In this document: positions 1-12,400 of the stretch, in pieces | Layout: every line of letters begins with the position of its first letter | Numbering within the stretch: the first letter of the stretch is position 1 | Origin: Gnetum montanum | Taxonomy: Eukaryota > Plantae > Gnetophyta | Reading direction: 5' to 3' | Length of the DNA: 64,000 bases | Assembly: GCA_015680685.1 (NCBI GenBank) | Contig: MNCI01000270.1 | Coordinates: 875,321 to 939,320 of the forward strand | Made by a program: the position numbers and the translations under genes | Notes under the pieces: generated by a model | Database searches by the model: none | Told to the model about the DNA's origin: nothing | The model's input: only the letters and a program-made list of their open reading frames with translations

Positions 1-3000
1 ACATAACTATGTGTGTTCTTGTGCTATTTTTACTATTTTCATTTTGTTTTCATTTTGTTATCACAGCAAATGTTTGCTAGAATTTAGAATATTTGAAAGT
101 GATTTATAGTATTTCTTGACCTACTATAGTGCAATATTTTGTCTCTAATGATTTATTCAGATATGTAGGATTCTAATAATTTCTCTAGAGCATTTGTAGT
201 GTGTTTTTAGATATGATTATAACATTTGAACATGTGCTTTTGCTGAGCCTTGTTCTAGGTGGACTAAGACTGTTGTTAGTAGACTTCGTACATTTGTGTT
301 TTTGATTGTATGTTTGTCTATTTGTGTATGCATGTTGCTGAGGGTTGAGGTTTTGCTCTTTATGATGTTTTGAAAGTGATATTACTCTATTATATGATAT
401 GCTTGATGGTTGTATATGAGGCTGATGTGTTGATCATGTTCTTGCTAACTTCTCTGTTTTTGAGCTATTATCTCAATCTTTGCAGGTAGCACAGGTACAA
501 AGATGTAGCCAATGGTAACCTTAGTTGATTCTATGAGCACTATGTCTATGGGGAAGATGTGTGCTCTTGAGGCCTTCATGAATTGATTGTTTGGTCTCAA
601 AATTCCAACATTGGGTTGTGGATTTATCAATACCTTGGCTATGATGAATTAGTAGGTACATCGTGATTTGTTTGCCTCTATGTGCTGGGTGAGCGCTAAT
701 AGAGGATGATGATCTATCCTAGACCCTATATATATTAGGTTATCAAATGGCATGAAATGGTATCCTTGGCGATGTTGGATACTAATGGCCCAAGAGTGGC
801 CAATGCCTTAAGGTCCCACTATGGCAAGTGGTGGATACTTAGTTGGTATGTTCCATTATTCAATCATTGCGCTCATGTTCCGAATCATTTTTGTTCAATG
901 GTAGTTGTGCAGTGAGTTTAGTGCAATGGTTGTTCTTGTATTTTTTGAGACAGTTGTGCAATGGATGCAATGCGATAGATGATCATTTTCATTCCATGAT
1001 AGAGACAGGCTTTTCTCAAAATAGCATTGTACAACCTTGGTGTGCTCCAAGTAGCCTAAACCTTTCATCTTAGGATGGACTTGGGTAGTTTATCCTATAG
1101 CCTTCTAGGCCTGGGTAGCATTTCCAAATACCATGTATGTTCTCACTAAATGTATTCCTATCCTTAGGTGTGTGAAATGTATTGTTGTGATATTCTCAGT
1201 TTTGATAGTTTATGCACACAAAAGTGCTAGATGTTATTGCCCTATGTGGGTTAGTTGTCTCCTTGTTGTAGGCCTATGCCACATCTTGTGACAAGGCCAA
1301 GATTGATGTATGGTGTTTTGCTAGTGCTCATTCTTGAAGAACCTTCTCTATATGTTGTAAACGACCTTTGTGCCTTGATGTGTAATTTTGCTAAAAACCT
1401 CATGGAAAATTCTTTGATTGTGATATAGTGTTGTAACGAGCAAGCTAGGGCATGTCCTTGCCCAAGGTGCTCTTGAACTGATGCCTTGTATTCTTGGTGA
1501 TATTGGCATGCCTTGATGGTGTGTCCCTTGGTGAATGCTCTTGAGATAGGAAAAGTCTTGTGAACACTTCCTCTTGGGTTCCTAGACTGGTAGAAATGTT
1601 ACCTACAGTTGATCGATTGTGGTATGTAGATTGAAATACAAACCAATTGGTTTGATGTGCTTGATCTTGATAGCAGGTGGTTTACAATGGCCATGTGAAT
1701 TGCAATGGCAGACTAAAATTCAAATCAAGGTGATGTTGTGATGTCTAGCTATGGAGTAGAGTTGAGTTCTGGGTATTGGCAACTAGACTCCCTCCTCCAT
1801 GCTAGATGTGATCATGAAGCAGCTTTGCCAAACATTGGGATGGTGGTCCATCCTTGAATAAATGATGTTACAGTTATAGAAATTGTGACTTCTCTTGGTG
1901 GCCTTGCTTGGTGGGCTTGAATGAACGCAAAACACTTGAGCCTATGCTCTCATGATTGGGCACTTCTAGTGCTTTTTGGATGATGGCATGCTCTCGTGAC
2001 CAGTTGCTTTTGGTTCTTTTGAGGACTATGATGCACCCTCATGGCTTGGGACTTATTGGTTCTTTCATGGACTATGGTGTGAGTTCATTTATTGGGACTC
2101 ATTATGCCTAGCAGGTTATGGTGTCTTGCTGAATCTCCTCTGTGTACTCTATTCCTTGTGTACAGTAATGTATCACACCGTCTCTTCCTAATGTATTGTC
2201 CCAAGTCTCTAGTGTAATGTTAATTCATGTTAGTGTCCTCACCTCTCTGGTGGGATAGTAGGGCTGAGCACTATATTACTTGATGATTCTCTAATCCTAT
2301 GAGGGTTTATTCTCCATTCCGATGGATGTCCTCTTTAGTTCTTGAAATAATAAGGTAGGTGGTATCGAGATAGTTGTTTCCTAGATGGGATCTAGAAGCA
2401 GTTGATGTTTGGGATTTGTTCCTATCAATGGTCCCATGTTCATGAACTCTTGGGCTTGTTTCCAAAGACAGAATGTTGTTACCCTAGTGAGATTCATGGA
2501 ACCTCCTTTGTGAGGTCATGTTGTTGATGTAGCCTAAATGTATATATCTCCCTTCTTGTAAGCAAGGCATGATTATATGTACTCTCTCGGCTTTTGGGGG
2601 CTTTAGAGGAACTTCCTTGTTGGGGTTCTCTAGTAGACCATCCTTATTGTAAACCCTTCATGGATGAATCGTGTATTTTTTTGAGTTTGTAATTGATGTT
2701 GGTGAAGCCTATTCATTGTAAAACTATCTTGAAGACCTAGTTCTCCTATGGGCCAAATGTTCTTGTTGGCTTGCATTTGTTGTTTTGGTTGAATGTTTAT
2801 AGGCAGTGGTGTGGCCTTGTGCACCACAATTGTTGTAAATGGGCTTGAATAGGATGTATGAGACAAAACCCAAATCTCCCAAGATGAAACAAAAATCCCT
2901 CTTGATAAAATTTTAAGGGATGAACTCCTTCGCTCCTCCAGTTGTTCTTAAGGTGAAATCAAATTTGGGTAAGAGTTGTGAATCCATGTCTTCCCTCAGC

Positions 3001-4950
3001 TAGTAATAGTTTGATGATATGGTTCTATTGGCTATGTGGACTACTTGGGCATGTATTATGGGTAAGGTGTAGCTAGGTTGCTATACTTTCCTACTGAAGA
3101 ACCCTCCCAAAGAGGATCTCTTCTTCAGGTTCAAAAATCCAATGAAAGGTGTTGATCAAGGGTTGTAGTTATTCCTGATATGGTAGGAAAATTCAAATTC
3201 TGGGAACCTCGATGTTCCTTGAAGAATTCATAACCGTGGTTGCCCTTGGAGGTGACTCTATGTTCTTTCCTAGACCAAGTGTTCAAGAAATGGTGCATGT
3301 TAGTGGGAAGGAGAGCCTGTAGGTTGCAAGTGTAGTTGATCCTTTTCCATGAATAGGATATTATGGTTGCAATCAATGATGTGCTTTCAGTTGACATGAG
3401 ACTTGTGTATAGAGGATTGTCCTAGGGTTGGTTGCCCAACATATCCTCCACTTGTTCTAACATTCGAGTAGGCATTCTCGATGTTGGACAATTGCAAAAG
3501 TTGTTGATGATAGTTTGGACTAGTATGTTATGATAGCCTCTTGGAGAAGTTTTCCAAACAAATTTTGGATCTTCTCTCTTGTTGTGGCAATGCAAGAGTG
3601 TTGGATGGTGAAATGAGAAATGTGATGCTGGTGATCTGTGGATTGCAAGGTCAAGCTTAAAGGATCTACCCTTGTACCTTGTTTTGAAGGGAGAACATGC
3701 TTGACTCCCTTCATACTAGCCTAAACAAACAAAAAAAATGTGCATGGTATAGATAACTGGATTCTGTGCTTAAATGGTTACACTGGTGAGACCCCATGGG
3801 TCTAGATGTAAGTAGTAGAACATGGAGTTCTGGCAAGCATGAGTTTCTTGCAAAGACATGGCTCTTTTGGAGCATGTTCTCCCTCTCAGGTTGATGTTCC
3901 CAAGTCCATCACCATGGGTAGTGGCCCTGGTGAGCCCTCAAAATCGATGAAAGAAAAAAAGAAACAAAATTGATGGGTGCTAAGATGCCATTCACAAAGG
4001 AACTTAACTGGACTTGTGGAAGAGGAGCTATCTTCTTGCATAGGTATGGGTCTACACAAAAAAATAAGTCTCTAAACCTAAGAAGGTACAAATCTAGGGG
4101 ATGCCTTAGAGACATTGGCCCTTTGGGTTGGACTACTCCCACTTATCATAGAGTTGGAAAGTCTTTGGAATTCCTCCAAGTGCTCGATGCATTTCATGTA
4201 AGGCATTGGATGGAAGGATGTATTAGGTGTTGGGGTTGGTACCTTCAAAGGTGGTGTTAGTTGAGCTGACAAATTCCCTTGAGTTGACGGAGTTCCAAAC
4301 CCATACTTGAAGTGTACTCTCGAAGCTATCCTAGGCTTTGCTCCAAGGATGTCGCTTCATTGTGCAAGGGAGGATTGTGAGAGATGTCCCAGGGTGGTGG
4401 TTCTCCTAGGTTCTCCCCATGGTTCAGGGTCCATGGAACACTTTGAGGAACCCTCTAGTGACTCTCAAGTGTTAGAAAACCCATTTCGACTTGGTGGTAC
4501 CAAGTCAACAATAGGACACCCTCCTATTGCAACTCTTTTTAAGTTCTCTTCATTCTACCCTCACGTGGAGAACTACATGGCTTTGATTCTATGGTGGCCG
4601 TAGATATGTAGGCAGCTAGGATTGGATAGTTTTGGTGTAGTGCCAAGCCACACCTTGTACCAAATCATGAGGGATTTGGGGGTGAGGCACCATTCCTTGT
4701 AGATGCATCCTTTTCCCTTCCATCGATATTGTGTACAGGGTTGCTTGTGTGCTTGTTTGCATGGTCCTTGTTTGGAGTTGCTTATCCTCCATGAAGTGCA
4801 TTCCCATACATACACTAAGAAGCTACGTTGCTGCTTGCACCCTCTCTTGGGTTGCTAGCTTGTGAGAGGTGTATTCCCTAGGTCTTCCACCCCACATCTA
4901 TTAGATCTTAGTGAATTCCTTGGGGTGCCGGACAACATAGGGGCAACATT
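1..4950 (-). mobile_element. Degenerate repetitive element of unidentified class
   Basis: CG-depleted with strong strand bias and stop-riddled long frames on the minus strand. About 220 bp (2310-2528) recurs at ~60822-61042. No RT, integrase or transposase motif recognised. Confidence 0.45.
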
Positions 4951-6048
4951 GTTACAACTACAGTCTAAGATGAAATAAGCTTTTAGATACACATGTAAGA
5001 TTAACACTAGAAATCCAAAAGGAAAGGAGATTTTGATCGACATGAAAGAATACAAAGGATTGCAGTTAATATGGAAAAGCCACAAAAAAATCCAAAATTT
5101 TTATTCAAGAAAAGAGTAAAGAAGAGGGAAATATAGTTTTGGTTTTTGTTTGTTTTTTCTAAATCTCCTTCTCCTTCTACTGTTAGATGCCTAACCCAAT
5201 GGGTAATTGATTCTTTAGTGTGGGTGTTTTCTAATCATAAATTTATAAGTACCAATGCATGGTAACGTTAGATGTTTATCCATTTTGTATTCAAGAAATT
5301 TTTTAAAAATGAATCATTATCCCTTTTATATTGAAGAAATTTTTTAAAAATGAATCAAGATTGGAAATGTTGATGAAGAAAGCGATTATAAAACCATTAC
5401 ATCTCGATAAAGATTTTTCAGGAGAAGGAAGTCATCTCTTTGGCTTTTTACTACTTTTCCTACAGAATCTATGCTACAAAATCATCCTTGCATAGAATGT
5501 TTAAATTTTACTAATACATACATACAAATATTGGAGGCATTTGCGAAGTTTAGTAAATTCCCTGATCATCTGACAATTTGTAAAATCTAAGCCTATTTAT
5601 TTTGTGCAGGAAGGGATGCTCGTTGTAGTTTTGGTAAATTTATTCTTGAAAAATTATGATGTTTTGCCATCTGTTACTTACACTGCTTATTGATAAATGT
5701 TGATTTAGGGAAGCCTTTTATTAAAACTGAAAACCCAAAAAGACAATTAAAGATTGGCTGTAATATTGAAAACTCGGTACTGGCACCCAAACACAGTTAG
5801 GCCTTTCCTTTCTCCTAAAGATATTAATGTGTTTTGATGCTCTGATGTGGTATCTAATTATCTTGATTTTCTTGGTCATCAGCAACGATATAACTGATGT
5901 AAATGTATTATCTTGTTTATTAATATAACATGTTTTTGATTTTTGTGGTACAATAATAACAACCGCAGCCCGATTTAGATAAGCAAACCAGCTCAGCAGA
6001 TTGGGGAAAAAATAAAATATACAAAATAAAACAAACAAAAGCTGTAAA

Positions 6049-6674
6049 CTAAGGAATTGGTAGCCAAATACCTGAAGCATCGGGTGTAGCAAAGCCTTCG
6101 GTTCCTGGTAGGTTTGGGTTAGCAAAATGTGAATGTGAACGTGCATTTGCTGGTGCTGGTGGCTGTGGAGGTGGAGGTGGTGGCACATATTCACTATCAT
6201 CATGTCCATGCAATTGCAGTTCTGCAGCTGCAGTAGTTGCAGGAACTGGCGGTGCAGTTGCAGTTACATGCAATTGCAGTTCTGCAGCTGCAGTTGCAGT
6301 AGTTGCAGGAACTGGCGGTGCAGTTGCAGTTACAGTAGTTGCAGGAACCGGCGGTGGCGGTGCCAATGCTAATGCTGGTGCTGTTGTTACTGCTGCTGTT
6401 ATTGGTGATGGTGATATGGGCATGCGCCTCCTTAGCTTGGCCTTTTCACGGGCACGGCGATTCTGGAACCAATAGAACAGGCTCGTCTCAGACACAGGGC
6501 CGTAGCAAAGCAGCTGTTGTCGGAGATGCTCCATGTCATCCTTGCTAGGGTTGCGTGGGTCCTGCTGGAACTGATGCTCCAGTATCTGCACCTGCTCCGC
6601 CTTCGGCAACCAACGAGTCTTTGGCTCTGCCTGTGTCATCATCGTTTGTTCCTCCAACCCTCCTCTTGCTGCTC
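6049..6674 (-). CDS. WOX: WOX homeodomain transcription factor, main exon (homeodomain plus Pro/Ala/Thr-rich tail)
   Basis: Translation EPKTRWLPKAEQVQILEHQF...NPSKDDMEHLRQQLLCYGPVSETSLFYWFQNRRAREK matches the WOX homeodomain pattern (RWxPxxEQxxILE...FYWFQN). An in-frame TAA lies 9 codons upstream of the TTG at 6657 and a CAG acceptor ends at 6675. A possible donor AG|GTATTT at 6072/6071 means the 3' end may be spliced rather than stop at 6049. Confidence 0.93.
6207..6356 (-). repeat. Coding tandem repeat in the WOX tail (60-bp and 66-bp units plus a partial unit)
   Basis: Near-identical units start at 6207 and 6267 and encode TATAPPVPATT(AT)AAAELQLH; the length difference preserves frame. 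Confidence 0.9.
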
Positions 6675-6976
6675 CTGCGTATTATATCATAATAATCATA
6701 TCCCTACCTACACTTGATCATCCATTGCATTCGTTGGCCATTGTGATATCATTTTTGACTCGGCCATTTGTAGAAAATTAACAGGTTGCACAGGAAAGAT
6801 CAGGGTTACGTTGAATTAGGAATTTGATATTTGAGTTATGCATTTTCAAAAACAACGTAGTCAAAAGGAATTCTGCGGCTACTCTCGATGGAATTCGTTT
6901 TGCATGGAAATGAAAACTATGTATTTATAATATATATTTATAATTGGTCCAATCCGAGGATGGATTGCATACATAC

Positions 6977-7085
6977 GTTGCGCTTGGTGCAACCTGTTGG
7001 CGTCGGGTTTAGCCTTGAACCTGCTAGTCCAGCTGCTCTTGTTCACACCCAGCATCATCCTTCTGTTGCTGTTCACGTCGCTCAT
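6977..7085 (-). CDS. WOX: Probable first coding exon of the WOX gene (MSDVNSNRRMMLGVNKSSWTSRFKAKPDANRLHQAQ)
   Basis: ATG at 7085; donor C|GTATGT at 6977/6976 in phase 1. Splicing to the acceptor at 6675/6674 (302-nt intron) gives C+GA = Arg, in frame with the homeodomain. Confidence 0.6.
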
Positions 7086-7430
7086 CTTGCTTGGTTTTTC
7101 TTCTCCTGCTGCAGCAACAGCACCCAGATCTTATCTCAGCCAATTAAGTAAAAACCTTTGCTCCTTACCTGCAACAGAAATGGCTGGATATACCTGGATA
7201 AAGCAGCAAAATAGAAATGTAAATGATGCATATAGATTTATAAAGCTAGCTAGCCACAGCAACCGGTCCTGAATGAATGCATGCTGGACAGACGTGGGTG
7301 CATTTCTAAATTGCACATGAGCGCATGGCTCCTTTAATCCTCCTTATCAATCTGAGTCCACAAACATCGTTTTTCTGTATGTCAGCCTTAGCATGTCCTC
7401 CACTGCATCATGAATTGCCTCATGACTTAG

Positions 7431-7522
7431 TTTACACGCAACTGCAATTGCGGTTGTAACGAGTTTCCGTCATGTTTTTACACGCAACTGCAATTGCGGT
7501 TGTAACGAGTTTCCATCATGTT
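7431..7522. repeat. 46-bp tandem duplication upstream of WOX containing a near-palindrome
   Basis: TTTACACGCAACTGCAATTGCGGTTGTAACGAGTTTCC(G/A)TCATGTT occurs twice (7431-7476, 7477-7522) with one mismatch. Confidence 0.92.
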
Positions 7523-8441
7523 GAATGATCAATCACATGAAATATTTTACCAGCCACAACTACGTTTTCTAATCATGTGCTCTTTGGAAAGCCATAAGAA
7601 CATTGTTGTAACTCTCTAAACATGTGAGGGGAGAAAGTTATAATCACAAAAGCTTAAGATAATAATTAGGTGTTAGTTTAATGGTAAGATTCTTGATTTG
7701 ACTAGAGTAGTGTTGAGTTATAAAGTTCTAATTAGACCATATATCTTAGGGTGTATTACAATCATTTCAAGGATCTAGTACCCCATATATTAATATGTAA
7801 TTTGTTACTTTTAATACCACTTTGTTCATATCTTAACTATGTAGTTCATTACTATCAATGCATGTTTTAAAAGTAGGTTCCCATACCTTACAATTAGGCC
7901 ATCCTACCACTAGGTTGCAAACCTTAGTTTCCTAACAATATTACTTTTATAAAATGACTTTTGATCATTAAAAGGATTATCATTCTAAGGCTTGACTACC
8001 TATCTTGTGTGGGGCATTAGAACTTGAAATAAGTGAAACATAGGTACACCCCAAGATATATAGGCCACTTAGAACTCTATATAGCTCACCATTTCCCACT
8101 AGAATCAAATCTATGAACACTTATCTTGTAAGTTGATCATAGGTACATCCAAGTGCCTAAATTGGATGTTGAACATTGAAACAACTTAACTAAAGGTACA
8201 TCCAAGATGTATAGCCAACATGATACTTAGGAAGAACATAACACTAAACATGCAACTTGCATATCACAAGCCATTTTTGTAACAGAGTATTGTGTAGTAG
8301 GTTTGAGTTTTATTTGAGGCATGATATATTATACCTATGCTTTATTAAACTTTCGTATTATTGTGTGGCTTTAGGTACATATAGTTTTAGCATGGAAACC
8401 CTAGGTCAAAAGTTCAATTGCAATGTGCAACACTGAGTTAT

Positions 8442-9403
8442 AAGGTAGGGAGGATGTCACAACCTAGAAATTTGCATAAATTTAATTATTTAATTTAATG
8501 CTTGTAATTAATTCTTTAATATTGTAAGATGCATTTCAATAGATTAGCTAATAGTTATTATTATCATTGTTGTTGTTGTTAGTCTCTTATATAAATGAAT
8601 GCAATATGTTTGCTATGGTATTTTATTAAAGTTTTGTATCCTTTGTTTCACTACTATTTGAGCTTAAGCATAGATGTTTTGAATGTATTATGATTAAATG
8701 TTAAAATCTAATTACCCCTTCAAGTTTTTCTTTTTTTAGTTATCGTACCTTTACAAGTATTTGATTACGCATATTGAATTCTTTATGCACATTTAGATAT
8801 ATATACTGAATCTTTATTATGCACATTTAATTATGCATCTTTTTATTTTATTATGTGCATGTGATTATATAATACTCTGTTCATGGAGCAATCCTAAATC
8901 CTCACCCAACCCAAACCATATCCCTTGTTACTTTTGGTCATTAAACTACGATTTGCAGTTCATTTTTAATTATAATTAACTATTTCATAAATTGGCTTTG
9001 TTAAGGAAGTACCTTAGGATGATGGTCTACCTAGAGTCTGACCTTACCAGTGTGTTTGAAATGTTTAAAAGCATAGATTTAACTCTTGGTTTACTAGAAC
9101 TGAAGTTATGATTCTCAAGATATCACATTTTCTAGTGTGTTAAGATGTCTTAAAAGTTTTAGCATTTGAACTAGATGACTATGATAAGTAAAGCTTAAAT
9201 GAGATTTTAGCATATTATTTAGTAGAGCACTTGATGAGGATCTTGTAGGTTCAAATAGAATTTATTTTGGAGTTCCAATGTGCATGCATTTAAATGTAAG
9301 GGCATTAGTAGAGGAAGAAATTTGGAAAATGAACCTATGAAAATAAATTTTGAAAAAAAAATAAAGGTTTAAAAGTCAATGATGGAGAAAGCACATTCAT
9401 GTG
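8442..9403 (+). mobile_element. Possible PPT plus start of an LTR (TGTCACAACC), interrupted by element A
   Basis: Purine tract AAGGTAGGGAGGA directly precedes TGTCACAACC at 8455, a common Gypsy LTR start. No partner LTR was found. Confidence 0.35.
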
Positions 9404-12400
9404 TGAGGAGCGACGAGGTACCCCTATGCTTAACCATATGAATCATAGAGCATTCACGTGCAATTCGATCGAATTCTGTAGACTTTGTAGTTTTTGGTGC
9501 ACTAGCCTTCGAGGAAGTGAATCTTTACCTTAAGGTCAATTGTTCTCTTCCTAATTACACTTGTGATGTACACTGGTATATTTAAGTGTAATTGAGGCAT
9601 CTAATTTTCATCATTTTATATTTTTATGGTTTGGTATTCAAAAGGAGATAAAAGTGATTGGATTAACTAATTTAAATTAACTAATTAACTAGTGTCTAAC
9701 TAGTCCTAACATAAGCATCTAGTCCCACTTTTTGCACATGTCCTAAACCCACATATCCACTACTAGGTGACCAATCACTATGCTACTAAGTGTACCAAGC
9801 AATAACACTATTTAGATTACCAAGAAAATACGTGTTACACTCAAAGTGGTTGTACTTGTGTGTTTAATCTATCTTGCTTAATTACTTCATTAACTTAATT
9901 ACTGGAAACATTTAATAAATAATTAAAATAATTGAAAACATTAAATGCATAAACAAAATATTTAATCTATCCCTGCAAGGTTTATCAGAAAGCTCATCTT
10001 TATTACTACACACATTGTCATGCTCAAGTACAACAATTCTCACATAAAGATCCATACACTCAATGACTCTTGTTGCAAGCATTCAAGAGAAAAATTATAA
10101 CTTTCAAATGAACAAACTACAAGAGCTTCATTGCTACTAAAATATCTATTGCCATAAATGTAGCTGGTAAGCATGTATTTATCACTAAAAATAGACACTA
10201 TGTCTATGGGGCCTCGTCATTGCATGATACGATGCATCAACGAGGCCACACCAACGAGGCCTCGCTGATGCAGCCAACCAAATTATTACTCAGCATACCT
10301 ACACAACTAAATAAAACATTGTCCTCAAGTTCTTTTACAAAATTGGAAAGGTATGGGATTATTAATTGACTTTTTTCAAACAAAACAAATAGATTGACTT
10401 GACAAAAAATAAAGTGCCCAGGTGTATAGATTAACACATTACAAAAGAATGACAGTGTTCAAGACACAAAATTAAACACCATGACATGGATCTTCAAAAT
10501 TGGATAGCATGTTTCTTGATGGTGTGAAGTGTGATGGAGAATATCAAATGGTCCCAGGTGGTGGTGGTTCCTAAGGTTCCAAGGAACCTTCATCGGCTTC
10601 ATGCATGGGTGGTGGTTGAGATAGTTGTAGTTGTCCTACTACTGCTGCAACTTTAGGTAATAGGTGAAAAGCATCTAGGAGTGCTTTCATTTTCTCCTCC
10701 TTACTTTTGGGATTATGCACTATCCATGCAACTTTGCCAATGTGGTTTGGAATGGGCACATCCCAGGGAGATGGGATTTCTGAAAACAACTCATTAGCAT
10801 TGATGAATCAGGTAGCAAATTTTTTGCGTTCAATGTTGAATGATCTGATTGTATCCTTCAACTCCTGCTAGTCATTCATCTATTTGGCTAGGTTCTCAGC
10901 AATTGATCATTGGTTTGTGAACCATGCTTTGAGAACTTCAATTTCAATGTTTGCAGTCTCAAGCTTCTACTTGGTGTCTTTGTGGTGCTTAAACTCTGCC
11001 TCATATAATAAATATAGGCTAGCCACTTGTTTCTCCAAATTTGACCATGGCCATTTGGTAGTCAACATTGCCAGGTTTGCATAATGGAGATTAGCCAACT
11101 CCATGTACTCTATCATTTCTTCAATTTGCAACTCCTTTAGGTGGATTTCTACTTTATTGTAGGAATCAATCCCATCAATGATGGGCTACCAAACCTCTCT
11201 TCCTTGTTAGAATTACTAGAGGGATTCATTTATTTTCACCTTCACCATTTGGATGTGTTTCTCATAGACTTCCTTCTATAGGCCAACCTAGTCTTTGTAG
11301 TGATTCTTCACTTTTTCAAACTTAAGATCCTCATTATTCTAGGTAGTGATCTCAATAGTAGACTTCTAGCACAAGGCATGAACTTCCTTCATTGATAGAT
11401 TTTGATTCTCCATAGCCAATCTCCTGAATTCAGTCTTCACCTTGGCAAGCTACTCCTACTATTGATGAATAAATTCTTGCATTTTTTCCTTCTAGGCATC
11501 AACATTACACAGGAAATGATTTTGTGTAGTCAAAGTCTTATTCTCCTAGCACATTTGAGCCAAGTCCTTCTGAATTAAATATGTTTTTTCTTTAGCTATG
11601 GATTGGTTAAAGATGGCTATTACTACCTCTTCTTCAGCCTTCTTAAATCATTCTTAAAGCTATAGGAAAGCTTCATCTCTTGTTACTACTAGGTTGAGGA
11701 TTGTAGGATTAGCAAGGCAAGCACATAGTTTGGTAACCTCCGTGGCCAATCATTGATTTTATTCTTGAGTTGTTTCAAGTTGCCCCTCCAAAATGATGCA
11801 CTTCCCCCTTACGTCCAGAAACTCCAACATGGTTGGGATGATGTTTTTCAGAAAATTGAAGATGTTTGGAATTAGTTTCCTAGTCCCCACCAATCAATCC
11901 AATAATTCTTCATGTTGGTCTATGTTCAACTTCACACTGATGATGCTTGTGGATGTTTGCACATCTTGAAATGCAAAGATGTCTAGTACACGTGTCATGG
12001 GTGCATTTAGTGCTTCACTGACATGGTCAACAACAACTTCAGTTGCTATTTCTTGCTCTTGGTGCTACATCACTAGGATAGTTTCCCCTTTGCCTTCCTC
12101 CAAATGCATCAAAAAGGTGGTGGCATTCCCAAATATTTCTAGGAATAAATGGTGTTGAGATAATGACATCATCACCTATCGAGTGTTGGGATTTAACCTT
12201 GCAGGCAACTATGTTGGTTGGTAGAAAAAATTGGTCAACCCCTCTTCATCTGGTTAACTATTTGAGCCATCTCATTAAGGTGAATCATTGCTAGATGATA
12301 TATAGATGGATCTGCCCCACTTGTTCCTACATGTTTCTCTTGTTCACTCAAGAGCTATTCTCATATTTTACACAAGTGCTTAATGGCTACCTGGGCCTTT

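Noticed and set aside
5290-5357. 27-bp AT-rich direct duplication downstream of WOX
   Set aside because: Low complexity and consistent with ordinary slippage.
5721-6209. 162-aa His-rich and hydrophobic ORF
   Set aside because: It is an alternative frame of the WOX exon running into AT-rich intron or UTR sequence.
6997-7272. Plus-strand ORF resembling a secreted peptide with a signal sequence
   Set aside because: It starts at TTG and is antisense to the purine-rich putative WOX exon 1, which explains the Leu-rich stretch.
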